64,000 nucleotides of DNA, taken from Mytilus californianus. Taxonomy: Eukaryota. Made by a program: the position numbers and the translations under genes. Under the pieces are notes generated by a model. The model was not told where the DNA came from. It saw only the letters and a list, made by a program, of their open reading frames with translations, and did not search any database. Shown piece by piece: positions 11,125 to 24,100 of this stretch. Position 1 is the stretch's first letter. Each line of letters starts with the position of its first letter. Location of the stretch: positions 43,090,001 through 43,154,000 of the forward strand of contig NW_026262690.1 in the NCBI RefSeq assembly GCF_021869535.1. The letters are read 5' to 3'.

Positions 11125-13452
11125 AATAAAATGCTCCCTGGGCGCAGCTTGATACGACCGCAGAGGTCGAACCCTGAACAGTTGGGCAAGTATGGACACA
11201 ACATTCAAGCTTGATACAGCACTGAATTTGGATTGTGATTAAATATTTGACACAGCATTGGTTTCTGACACAGAATGAATGTGGTCTAAGAACTTAAAAA
11301 TTTTTAATTTACCTATTCAAACCATATCATTATTATTTGCTTTTATATATAAATCAGAAATAACCAATTTAAAATGGAAAATTTTAAAGAAAAAAAATCC
11401 CTCCCCCAAATTTTTTGAACCCCTTTATGATTCATCACCCCCAAACTCAATCCCGGCCTTCCCTTTGTGGTATGGTACCTTGCAGTACAATTTCAGAGAG
11501 ATCCATACACTTGAACACAAGTTATTGTCTGGAAACTAGAAAAATGCTTGTTTTTAGGCCCCTTTTTGACCCCAAATTCCTAAACGTTTAGGGCAATTAC
11601 CCCCAAACTCAAACCAAGCTTTCCCTTTGTGATATGGAACCTTGTGGTACAATTTCATAAAGATCCATACACTTACATACAAGTAATTGTCCTGAAACTA
11701 GAAAAATGCTTGTTTTTTGCCCCTTTTTGGCCCCTAATTCTTAAATTTTGAGGCAATTACCCCCAAAATCAATCCCAGCCTTCCCTTTGTGGTATGGTAC
11801 CTTGCAGTACAATTTCAGAGAGATCCATACACTTGAACACAAGTTATTGTCTGGAAACTAGAAAAATGCTTATTTTTGGCCCCTTATTCCTAAACTTTTT
11901 AGGCAATTACCCCCAAACTCAATTCCAGCTTTCCCTTTGTGATATGGAACCTTGTAGTACAATTTCAGAAAGATCCATACACTTACAAGTTTTTATCCTG
12001 AAACTAGAACTAGAGGCTCTCAAGAGCCTGTGTCGCTCACCTGTATTTACTGATGCTTTGGAAATCATGTAAAATAAGGTTAATATCATAATTAATAGTA
12101 TTAGATATTAGATATTATAATGATATCTAAGATAATAACAAAAAACTGCAAAATTTTTGTAAAATTACTTACTCAGGGGCAGCAACCCAACAACAGGTTG
12201 TCGGATTTGTCTGAAAATTTCAGGGCAGATAAATCTAAATCTGATGAACATTTTTGCCACCTGTCAGATTTGCTCTAAATGCTTTAGTTTCAGAGATATA
12301 AACCAAAAACTGCATTTTACCCCTATGTTCTATTTTTAACCAAGTCGGCCATGATGGTTGGAAGGCGGGGTCATCGGACAAATTTTTTAAACTAGATACC
12401 CTAATAATGATTATGGCCAAGTATGGTTAAATTTGTCTCAGTAGTTTCAGAGAAGAAGATTTTTGTAAGAGATTACAAAAATTTACGAAAAATTGTTAAA
12501 AATTGACTATTAAGGGCAATAACTCCTAAAGGGGTCGACTGACAATTTTGGTCATGACAACTTATTTGTACAACTTATTTGTAGATCTTACTTTGCTGAA
12601 CATTATTGCTGTTTACAGTTTATCTCTATCTATAATAATATTCAAGATAATAACCAAAAACTGCAAAATTTCCTTAAAATTACCAATTCAGGGGCAGCAA
12701 CCAAACAACAGGTTGACAGATTTGTCTGAAAATTTCAGGGCAGATAGATCTTGACCTGATAATCAGTTTTACCCTATGTCAGATTTACTCTAAATGCTTT
12801 GGTTTCAAAGATATAAGCCAAAATCTACATTTTACCCCTATGTTCTATTTTAAGCCATGGCGGCCATCTTGGTTGGTTGGCGGGGTCATCGGACACATTT
12901 TTTAAACTACATACCCTAATGATGATTGTGGCCAAGTTTGGGTAAGTCTGGCCCAGTGGTTTCAGAGGAGAAGATTTGTGTAAAAAGCTTAAGACAACGG
13001 ACAACGACGGACGACGGACGCCAAGTGATGAGAAAAGCTCACTTGGCCCTTTGGGCCAGGTGAGCTAAAAATGCTTGTTTTTTGCCGCTTTTTGGCCCCT
13101 AATTCCTAAAATTTTGAGGCAATTACCCCCAAAATCAATCCCAGCATTCCCTTTGAGATATAGAACCTTGTGGTACAATGTCAGAGAGATCCATACACTA
13201 ACACACAAGTTATGTCTGGAAGTTACAAAAATGCTTATTTTTGGCCCCTAATTCCTTAACTGTTGTTACCATAACCCCCAAAATCAATCCCAACCTTCCT
13301 TTTGTGGTATTGAACCTTATAGAGATCCATTCACTTAAACTAAAGTTAGAGTGGGAAAAACCAATGTGTCTTCGGACGACGACAACACTGGACGACGACA
13401 CCAACGTCATACCAATATATGACCACAAAATTTTGTTGTGGTCGTATAAAAA
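11125..13452 (-). mobile_element. HINE/Helentron-like non-autonomous element, family A, with a nested family B insertion
   Basis: Same ends as the 18235 and 55399 copies; atacgacc subterminal inverted repeat with adjacent hairpin; (gac)n microsatellite; internal repeats of about 130 bp. Confidence 0.8.
12008..13068 (-). mobile_element. HINE-like element, family B (agctcacct...gtgagct)
   Basis: Minus strand begins tttttagctcacctggcccaaagggccaagtgagct, has a gtcc/gtc microsatellite and ends aggtgagcgacacaggctcttgagagcctctagtt. A second copy lies at 33030-33648. Confidence 0.8.
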
Positions 13453-13779
13453 GTGTTTTATATCACAGGAACCAAAAAAAAAATTAAAAAAAAAAATTCT
13501 TTCCCTCAAGATATGGTCATAATCTCAATTCAAATTTCCAATGGAGTTTGCAATCATAATTACCCATTTAAATACATCATAAAAGTCTTAAAATAGAAAA
13601 TGACATACATAATCATTGCTAAAATTAATATTCCTTAATCAGCATTTTTAATAGAACTTCTCAAAATAAATTGACAGCTAATCACCTCAAGACAATACAA
13701 CATTTCTTTATACATAATTTAAAAGCAGGATAAGGGAGGTAATCCAAACATAACATTGTACTTTTTTTAATTGTCCATT

Positions 13780-14177
13780 AGCGTGGAAACCCTTGTTTTT
13801 CCCACTTTTTTCCCCTAATTCCTAAACGATTTGAGCCATAACCTCCAAAGCCAATCAAACCATCCCTTTGTGGTATGGAAACTTGTGGTATAGTTTCAGA
13901 GAGATCCATACACCGTTCCACAAGTTATTGTCTGGAAACTAGAAAAATGCTTATTTGGGCCCCTTTTTGGCCCCTGTTAGGACTATAAACCCCAAAATCA
14001 ATCCCATCCTTCCTTTTGTAGTTATAAATCTTGTGTTTAAATTTCAAAGATTTCTATTTACATTTACTAAAGTTATTGTCCGGAAACCAAATGTCTTCGG
14101 ATGACGCTGACGAGGACGTGATAACAATAAACAACCGCAAAATATTCTGCTGTCGATTTTTTGCGGTCGTATAAAAA
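13780..14177 (-). mobile_element. Diverged partial HINE family A copy
   Basis: One core unit plus the gcggtcgtataaaaa terminus. Confidence 0.65.
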
Positions 14178-14561
14178 GTCAATCTAGCATGGATCATAAG
14201 ACTCCTAATGTACTATATAAGAGACTGCATTGGTGAAATAACATTATGACAGAAATAGTCAATCATCAAAAATACCTGATGATACAAAGATGGCTGAATA
14301 AAAGTAACAAATAGGTATACATGATAGATCCTAATCTGATGAAGATTGGGTCTCTATATCTTTTGATACTGCAGAGTTATGTGACTATTCAGTCCAAAAT
14401 AGACATTTTATTAAATCAATGCATTTACTCAATTTCATTTTGTTAGATTTTCACACACTTTACCAAATTATTCTGAATATGAGTCTAAGTAAGTTTTGGA
14501 TATTTCACTCATCATTACAGAAGAATGGTTAGACTTTTCTAGTTTCCTTAACTTTTACTAG

Positions 14562-14803
14562 TTATTAGCAAAGGTGGTATCTGTATAAACTCACTTTTAT
14601 TAGCAAAGATGGTATCTGTATAAACTCACTTTTATTAGCAATGGTGGTATCTGTATAAACTCACTTTTATTAGCAAAGGTGGTATCTGTATAAACTCACT
14701 TTTATTAGCAAAGGTGGTATCTGTATAAACTCACTTTTATTAGCAAAGGTGGTATCTGTATAAACTCACTTTTATTAGCAAAGGTGGTATCTGTATAAAC
14801 TCA
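14562..14803. repeat. Minisatellite, 35-bp unit, about 7 copies
   Basis: Unit ttattagcaaaggtggtatctgtataaactcactt. Confidence 0.95.
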
Positions 14804-15131
14804 ATTTTGAAAGTGTGTGTACACCTGTTGAGAAATACAACCATATTCTTTGTGAAAGCTCTACTTATCAAAATATATGCAGAATTAAAACCTAACCTAA
14901 TCTATCTATTTTGGGTCAAAATGTAAATACATTTCTTCAATAAGTCTGGAAACTGTAATTAATATAGAATACCTGTGTTTTGATTAACTTACAGGAATAC
15001 TCTAAATATTCATTTATTTAAGGGCCTTTAGACAAAATAACAGAGAGACAGTGATATTTTTCTCTGTATTTGATACAGATATGATAAAATAATGTCCATG
15101 TTTCCTGAGAATCGCCACAGTCATCCCTCTG

Positions 15132-15188
15132 TCAAAATAATCCAAATAATGGGTTTGCATAGGCCATGGGTTTCACATTGGGATGTGG
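15132..15188 (-). CDS. PPP5C: PP5 exon 14 ([18 protein letters not shown]-stop)
   Basis: PP5-type C-terminal autoinhibitory tail; TGA at 15134-15132. Confidence 0.95.
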   Translation of the reverse strand, partial: PHPNVKPMAYANPLFGLF

Positions 15189-18100
15189 CTGAAATAAACA
15201 TTACAATTATTGGTTAAAAATATTTAAATACATTTAACATTTAAAATACTTACTACATGTTAATAAAGATAGAATTTACATAAAGAATATGAAATTTTCA
15301 TGTCATGTATACAGATAAATATAATGAATATCAGTCTTGTTAAGGATGTGTTTGATGGTCATTTCAATTAACATTTTATATGTAAAAGGGATACGACAAC
15401 AAACATAAGACTACAGGTCCGTAGCCATGAACTGGTATGTTCATAGTATACATAGTCCTCAGCCATGAACTGGTATGTTCATAGTATACATAGTCCTTAG
15501 CCATGAACTGGTATGTTCATAGTATACATAGTCCTTAGCCATGAACTGGTATGTTCATAGTATACATAGTCCTTAGCCATGAACTGGTATGTTCATAGTA
15601 TACATAGTCCTTAGCCATGAACTGGTATGTTCATAGTATACATAGTCCTTAGCCATGAACTGGTATGTTCATAGTATACATAGTCCTTAGCCATGAACTG
15701 GTATGTTCATAGTATACATAGTCCTTAGCCATGAACTGGTATGTTCATAGTATACATAGAAGGTTTGAATATTCTTAAATAAACACATATGTTGGTACCA
15801 ATAACTTAAAAGATTAGCTTTGTTTGAGGTGGTTAGGGTTGTTAACTATAATTCTCAATAGAATAATAAAGTATCTATTTCAATCACAGTTTGATAGCAA
15901 TAAGTCCAGCACATGATTTCTCAAAATATATTATTTCTATCTATCATCAAAGTTACTATTTTTAAAAGGGTGATGGCCATCTTTTTTTTAAAGAATGGGA
16001 TTAACTCTCATTATGGTAAAAAGAATTTTACAGCTTTTCTATAAAAGCATGCAAAGCAAACCTTTGATCAACTTGCTTGCTATGTTTGCTTGGATGTTTG
16101 CAAACAATAGGTAGGCGGAGTTTCAGTCTGTTTTGTATGTACTGGAATTTGATTAGACAATAAAAATTGACATGCAATGAAGTTTATGTTTATTGTCCAA
16201 TCAAATTCCAGTATATAGTAAACAGATTGAAACAGACTACCTACCTTTTGTTTACAAACATCCAAACAAACATAGCAAGCAAGTTGATCAAAGGTTTGCT
16301 TTGCATACTTTTATAGAAGAGCTGTAATTGTGTATTTAACAAAAGCTTTTTTTAAGGTAATTAGTCCTTTACATGATTTTCCAAACTATTTTATTAACTT
16401 TTTTGTCAAATTTACAATTTTTTAGTTACAGCAGCAGTCCATGAAGGATGATAGGTTCAAAAACCATTCTTCTAAAAGAGGATCATAAATTTATAAAATA
16501 AAGACAAATGCCAACCTGAACTAAGAAGTCCAAGCATGATTTTGAAATGGGAGTCAAAATAAGAACTGTGTGTCATTAATTTCCCTGTTCAATTTGTTAA
16601 TATAATGTTTGCTGTTCGTGTTAATATAATGTTTGCTGTTTGTGTTAATATAATGTTTGCTGTTCGTGTTAATTTAATGTTTGCTGTTCGTGTTAATATA
16701 ATGTTTGCTGTTCGTGTTAATATAATGTTTGCTGTTCGTGTTAATATAATGTTTGCTGTTCGTGTTAATATAATGTTTGCTGTTCGTGTTAATATAATGT
16801 TTGCTGTTCGTGTAAATATAATGTTTGCTGTTTGTTAATTCATTCCTGTCCTCTCTTTCATTGCAATACTATCCTTATCTTGATAAAACTGACTACTTAA
16901 TAAATTACTGGCAATAACAAACCATTTGTTGTGAAGTTTTAATTGATGGTCAATTTTTAGAACATCCAACTTACCACTGCTTCAAATGATGTGAATTTGG
17001 GGGTCAGGTCATCACCGGTGATATTGATAAAGGCTCCTTTATTTCCCATCTGATCACTGAAAAGGAAATAATGCTTTATATAGAAACTAAGTTAAATTTT
17101 AACAGTTTAAGTTGAATGTTTATGCAAATATGCAACCTGAAACTCTTTGTTTTAATGAGGAACTTTATAAATGTATTATAGCAACAAATATATGGAATAA
17201 TGTTTTCTTCTAATGAGTATTAAATGAAATAATTTTTCTTTAGGTAACAGTTATACACATCATATCATACATCAGAATTTTATCAAATACATTTAATGTG
17301 CACAACAATTTATTTTATTTATAATGGAAAAGGATCTAGGTTTCCGAGATAATGGGAAGAAAATTTCATAGCACAGATAGACAGACTGACAAAATAAAAA
17401 CAGTTTACCCCCTCACACAGAGCAGATTTGTTTAAAATATTTTCAAAATACTCTTTTATCTGGTACTAAATGACTGTGCTGAGTAAATTTAAAGTTCCTC
17501 TCATTCATGCAGCTGGCCTTAGACAGATTAAATCATTCTGATATAACCCTAAATACTGCAATCATATTACTATGTTGTGAACATTAACTTATGATTAGGA
17601 CCTTATTACACTGTTATTTTATATGATGACATACCAGTAATTAGGAGCTGAGAACACTGTTATACATTTGCCATCATGTATCACTTCATATCCTTCCTGT
17701 TTCACTTCATGACTCCTAACAATATAGTCCAATTTATTTTTCTGAAGAAATTTCTTTGTTACATCTGGTCCAAACATGGTCCCTACCCCTCGTTTACTGT
17801 CACTTGTCCCACACATCATCTGGGGATCAGACCATAACAGTTCACACATTGCTCCTGTTAATATTTATCAAAAAATTACATTTTATATCTTCCATTATAT
17901 TTATCCTGTAGAATCAATGACAAAATACATTATTTTCCCCTTGAAACACAGCTTAAAAGAACCAATCACTCAAGTTTTAGTTTCTGATATTGCAAGAAAT
18001 ATTTCAAATAACAAAGTTACTGGCAAAATAACTGCAATGCTAAGCTTAAAATCTCAACATGCTTATATCTGACAGCTAACCAACATCTACTTTAGTCTAA

Positions 18101-21100
18101 TGTGTTCTACGGTCACAATTTAGCAAATCAATTAAAATTAATTCTTTACATCTTGAATTACAAATATCTTTATATCCTGTTACAGTTAATTAAAATTTTA
18201 TAATAAACATAAAAAAAACCCATTACACTGTTTTAATAAAATGCTCCGCAGGGCGCAGCTTGATACGACCGCAGAGGTCGAACCCTGAACAGTTGGGGCA
18301 AGTATGGACACAACATTCAAGCTTGATACAGCTCTGAATTTGGATTGTGATTAAATATTTGACACAGCATAGGTTTCTGACACAGAATGAATGTGGTCTA
18401 AGAACTTAAAAATTTTAAATTGGACATTCACCTATTATGGTCCAATATCCAAAATCTAAATACATGGTTAGATTCAGCATATCAAAGAACCCCAAGAATT
18501 CAATTTTTGATGAAATCAAACAAAGTTTAATTTTGGACCCCGATTTGGACCAACTTGAAAACTGGGCCCATAATCAAAAATCTAAATACATGTTTAGATT
18601 CAGCATATCAAAGAACCCTAAAAATTAAATTTTTGTTAAAATCAAACTAAGTTTAATTTTGGACCCTTTGGACCTTAATGTAGACCAATTTGAAAACGGA
18701 ACCAAAAATTAAGAATCTAAATACACGGTTAGATTCGGCATATCAAAGAACCCCAATAATTCAATTTTTGATGAAATCAAACAAGGTTAAATTTTGGACC
18801 CTTTTGACCTCAATGTGGACAAAGTTGATAACAGGGCCCAAAAATCAAAAATCTAAATACATGGTTAGATTCAGCATATCAAAGAACCCCATATATTAAA
18901 TTTTTGTTGAAATCAAACAAAGTTTAATTTTGGACCCCGATTTGGACCAACTTGAAAACTGGGCCCATAATCAAAAATCTAAATACATGTTTAGATTCAG
19001 CATATCAAAGAACCCTATAATTCAATTTTTGTTAAAATCAAACTAAGTTTAATTTTGGACCCTTTGGACCTTAATGTAGACCAATTTGAAAACGGAACCA
19101 AAAATTAAGAATCTAAATACACGGTTAGATTCAGCATATCAAAGAACCCCAATAATTCAATTTTTGATGAAATCAAACAAAGTTAAATTTTGGACCCTTT
19201 GGACCTCAATGTGGACCAATTTAAAAACGGGGCCCAAAATCAAAAAACTTAATACACGGTTAGATTCAACATATTAAAGAACCCCAAGAATTCAAGAATA
19301 AAACCCCATTGAAATTGATCAAGAAATAAGCAATTTATACGAAGTATCTTCTTTTGCACAATACTGTGCAATTGAATATTTCTTGCTATTGCGCAATACT
19401 GTACAATTGACAATTTCTTGCTATTGCGCAATATTGTGCTATTGGATATTTCTTGCTATTGCGCAATACTGTGCAATTGAAGATTTCTTGCTATTGCGCA
19501 ATACTGTGCAATTGAAGATTTCTTGCTATTGTGCAATACTGTGCAATTGAAAATTTCTTGCTATTGCACAATACTTATTAGATAATAATTTACACATCCT
19601 GTTTGGTGTGTATCTCCTACCATATCATTATTATTTGCTTTTAAATATTAATCAGAAATAACCAACTTAAAATGGAAAATTTTAAAAGAAAAAAAAAAGG
19701 AAAAAAAGAAAAAAAAAGAAAAAAAAAAAATCCCCCCCCAAATTTTTTGAACCCCCTTATAATTCATCACCCCCAAACTCAATCCCAGCCTTCCCTTTGT
19801 GGTATGGTACCTTGCAGTACAATTTCAGAGAGATCCATACACTTGAACACAAGTTATTGTCTGGAAACTAGAAAAATGCTTATTTTTGGCCCCTTTTTGG
19901 CCCCCAATTCCTAAATGTTTCGGGCAATTACCCCCAAACTCAATTCCAGCTTTCCCTTTGAGATATGGAACCTTGTAGTACAATTTCAGAAATATCCAAA
20001 CACTTACACACAAGTTATTGTCATGAAACTAGAAAAATGCTTGTTTTTTGCCCCTTTTTTGGCCCCTAATTCCTAAAATTTTGAGGCAATTACCCCCAAA
20101 ATCAATTACAGCCTTTCCTTTGTGATATGGAACCTTGTGGTACAATGTCAGAGAGATCCATACACTTACACACAAGTTATTGTCTGGAAGTTACAAAAAT
20201 GCTTATTTTTGGCCCCTTTTTGGCCCCTAATTCCTTAACTGTTGGTACCATAACCCCCAAAATCAATCCCAACCTTCCTTTCGTGGTATTAAACCTTATG
20301 GTAAAATTTCATGGAGATCCATTCACTTAAACTAAAGTTAGAGTGCGAAAACCAATGTGTCTTCGGATGACGCCGGACATCGACGACGACGACGACATCG
20401 CCAACGTCATACCAATATACGACCAAAAAATTTTTATTTTTTGCGGTCGTATAAAAACTGCAACACCTACCACTTTCTGGAGGTTGTCTGTTACGATCTA
20501 CTTTCCGTAAATCATCTAACGTTACATTTTCATCCCTGAACAATCCTCCATGCATTAACTGTAATAAAAATATCATAAATTACTGTGTTCAAGCTATTGG
20601 TTGTAAAATGTTAAATAAAATTCATTGTTAACCCTACATATGTTCTCACAAATAATGTGAGAAACTTAATGAGTCAGTTCACATACAATCAAAATAAAAA
20701 ACATCAAAACTGGTTCAACATTTTTCTCATTCTACTACCACAGATATGAATAGTTGCAGCCTTCAGAAAATATTTTACAGTTTAAATTTTATTCATTTTT
20801 GTAACATTCATATGTATCCATGGTTTTGATTATATCAATCTTTATTTCAATAAATGGGAATCGCCGAAGAAATGAGTTGCAAAGACAAATGAATAGTGAT
20901 ATTTTACAAAGCCACATCCAATCCTCATAAATCGATTTAAATTCTTCTGATAATAATCCAAAGTTTTATTTAGAAACTTTCAATGGAATTGGAAGCTCTT
21001 ACAAGAAGTGGCAGCATGAATGATACCAGAGGTAATGAGAATCAACTGTCAAACTTTCAGTATTCTACTGTCATGACATTTATAGATTTCACCAAGGCAT

Positions 21101-24100
21101 GAAAGTATCCTTGGTTGACGTCATAAGATTAACAGACTGTTGGATATGTTTGGAATGTATTGTGTCTTTGTGTTGTCTCTTTGATGTATACCCCACATCT
21201 TCTTTTATTACCCTTTCGGAGCACCTGAGATCACCCCCAGTTTTTGGTGGGGTTCGTGTTGCTTAGTCTTTAGTTTTCTATGTTGTGTCATCTGTACTAT
21301 TATTTGTCTGTTTGTCTTTTTATTTTTGGCCATGGCGTTGTCAGTTTGTTTTCGATCTATGAGTTTGACTGTCCCTCTGGTATCTTTCGTCCCTCTTTTA
21401 TTCTTATCCAATTTTGTGTAATTATGTATCTGTGTCATGAGCAAATCCTTGATAACTGCCCTAGGGTTTATGATATAGGATTCACAGACTTCTGTTGACA
21501 TTTTTGATAGAATGTCGAGTCCCTCTAAACTTTGCCTGTTTACCTCTTGGAAATGTTTAGCAAAATATCAAAACCTTTGAAGGAAATTTTGCAAGATGAC
21601 CTTTTCAGGATTTTTTTAGAGCTTGCTATAAGAATATTTTTTCAATTACCAAGAAAAAATGTAATCAATACTTAATACATGTAAAATGAGCTAGTCTTTG
21701 AAAACATTTATTAATTAAAACAACAAGCAAATTGGCTTTAGGTGAGTTTTGATATATAAACAGAAAGAGTTTTCGCAGTAAATATTAGGATACAATGTAG
21801 CCTTAAAATGAACATTTCATATTAAACAACTAAAAATTATAGCTTCAATTTAACAAGTGGTAAGGATTATTAGAGAGATTTTGTTCAGTAAAGGAGATTT
21901 TGACCTACCTTAATTGAAACAAAAATTATGTAGAGAATCAATGCAATTGGGTAAACCCCTCCCCAAAGTGGTATGATTTCACTTAATAGATCTTCAACCC
22001 CAAACATCCTCTTAAACACTTATTAGTAAAGGTGCCCATAAACAGACATTTGGTAATTACTTACTAAAATTTTATTATTTATACAGTGACATAAAGGCAG
22101 CAAATTGAATATCTCTGTAAATAGGTCAGCCATTTTACTGCTGTATGTGGTATGTGTTAAGGATTATCTTTATTAACTAAATACACATTATATAACTTAG
22201 AGTATTGTTGATTCATTACTATTATATGGTTTACAAATTACAACCATTTTAAGGTCTCAAACAATATTCTAGTATTACAAAGTGTCATAATAATGTGGAA
22301 ATGACAGTCAATTGCATATTTGATCTAATATTAAATGATTGTGTGAAGAGATTTTTTCCTTAAAAGTAATGATGTACATGTATATTGATATTTTCCACTG
22401 ATTTTTTCAATTCATCCTGGAGTTAGCTTTATTTGTTATTCACTTTTTTATCATAGGTTTCTCAGAATTGGACAAAAATATAAAATGACAAAATTGAAAA
22501 ACAAGGCAGACAAACAGATGGAAAACTTTAAATCTAAAGGTAAATAATATAAAAGCATATTTTGATTTGACTTCTCCTTCAAAACCATACATCTGGTTCA
22601 TTGTTGCACTTTCATGATTCCCTAAAAATACAAATATAAAATAATTCCACAGAAGTTTTACTTACAATGCAGTGTATCTACATTTCCTTTATTTGATCAA
22701 TTTTTAAATAACAGAAGATATTACAGTACAATACATAACAAGAGTGCACACGCTGAAATGTCTCGCCTTCTTTACTAACCATTGATTTTATGTTGATAGT
22801 CCTAAATACAAAGCTTTACTACAAGTAACACATAAACTTAACATGATCCAAGAAAATGAGGTCAAGGTCAGATAAACCAAATGAGAAATACATGTACACC
22901 TTACAATCATTCAATAAACCAAACATACGGGTAGTTGACCTATTGCTTATTGTTTCTAAGAAACAGTCTTAAACAAGAAAACGTAACATTGACCGATGAA
23001 CCATGAAAATGAGGTCAAGGTCAGATGAACCATGCCAGACAGACATGTACACCTTACAATCAATTTAGGCATTAAATATAGTTGACCTATTGCTTATAGT
23101 ATCTAAGAAACAAACCTAACCATGAAAACTTAACATTGACCAATGAACCATGAAAATGAGGTCAAGGTCAGATGATACCTGCCGGACAGATATATACACC
23201 TCACAATCCTTCCATACATCAAATATAGTTGATCTATTGCTTATAGTTGAAGAAAAACAGACCAAAACACAAAAACTAAACACTGAGAAATGAACCGTGA
23301 AAATGAGGTCAAGGTCAAATAAAACCTGTGAGACTGACATGTACATCATTAAATATTTCCATACACCATTTATAGTTGACCTATTGCATATAGTATTAGA
23401 AAAAAAGACCAAAACTCTAAAACTTAACTTTGACCACTGAACCATGAAAATGAGGTCAAGGTCAGATGACACCTACCAGTTTGACATGTACACCCTACAA
23501 TCATTCCATATACCAAATATAGTAGACCTACTGCTTATAGTATCTGATATATGGACTTGACCACGAAAACTTAACCTTGTTCACTGATCCATGAAATGAG
23601 GTCGAGGTCAAATGAAAATTGTCTGACGGGCATGAGGACCTTGCAAGGTACGCACATACTAAATATAGTTATCCTATTACCCATAATAAGAAAGAAATTA
23701 ACATTACAAAAAATGTTGACTTTTTTTTCAAGTAGTCACTGAACCATGAAAATGAGGTCAAGGACAATGGACATATGACAGACGGAAACTTCGTAACATA
23801 AGGCATCTATATACAAAGTATGAAGCATCCAGGTCTTCTAGCTTCTAAATTATAAAGCTTTTAAGAAGTTAGCTAACGCCGCCGCCGCCAGATCACTATC
23901 CCTATGTCGAGCTTTCAGCGACAAAAGTCGCAGGCTCGACAAAAACCAAATTTACTGAGCATATCTTAGTAATATCTTTAATAAAGGAGACAGAGGGCCT
24001 CAATGGCATAAGTTTAAGTAGTTCTTCTTCAGTGATCGCTATAGCCTATCAACTCTAAAGTGGCGAGGTATGTTCGACTCTGAATTTAATTGAAAAGTAT

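Noticed and set aside
11279-13522. Short ORFs in 11279-13522 and their near-duplicates at 18437-20330 and 55706-57203
   Set aside because: They are translations of HINE-like internal repeats.
16605-16838. ORF encoding (MFAVRVNI)n
   Set aside because: Translation of a 24-bp intronic minisatellite; no coding evidence.
14562-16838. Regular 24-38 bp repeats resembling CRISPR arrays
   Set aside because: The units abut directly with no unique spacers, there are no cas genes, and the context is a eukaryotic intron or 3' flank.
22141-22556. Alternative GC-AG or AG-acceptor readings of PP5 intron 9
   Set aside because: A GC donor after tat with either nearby AG gives an immediate TAA; only AT-AC keeps the frame and homology.
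22438-22560. Hydrophobic read-through peptide of intron 9 as a membrane-anchored PP5 isoform
   Set aside because: The hydrophobicity is expected from T-rich intron sequence, and the product would lack catalytic motifs and probably be degraded by NMD.
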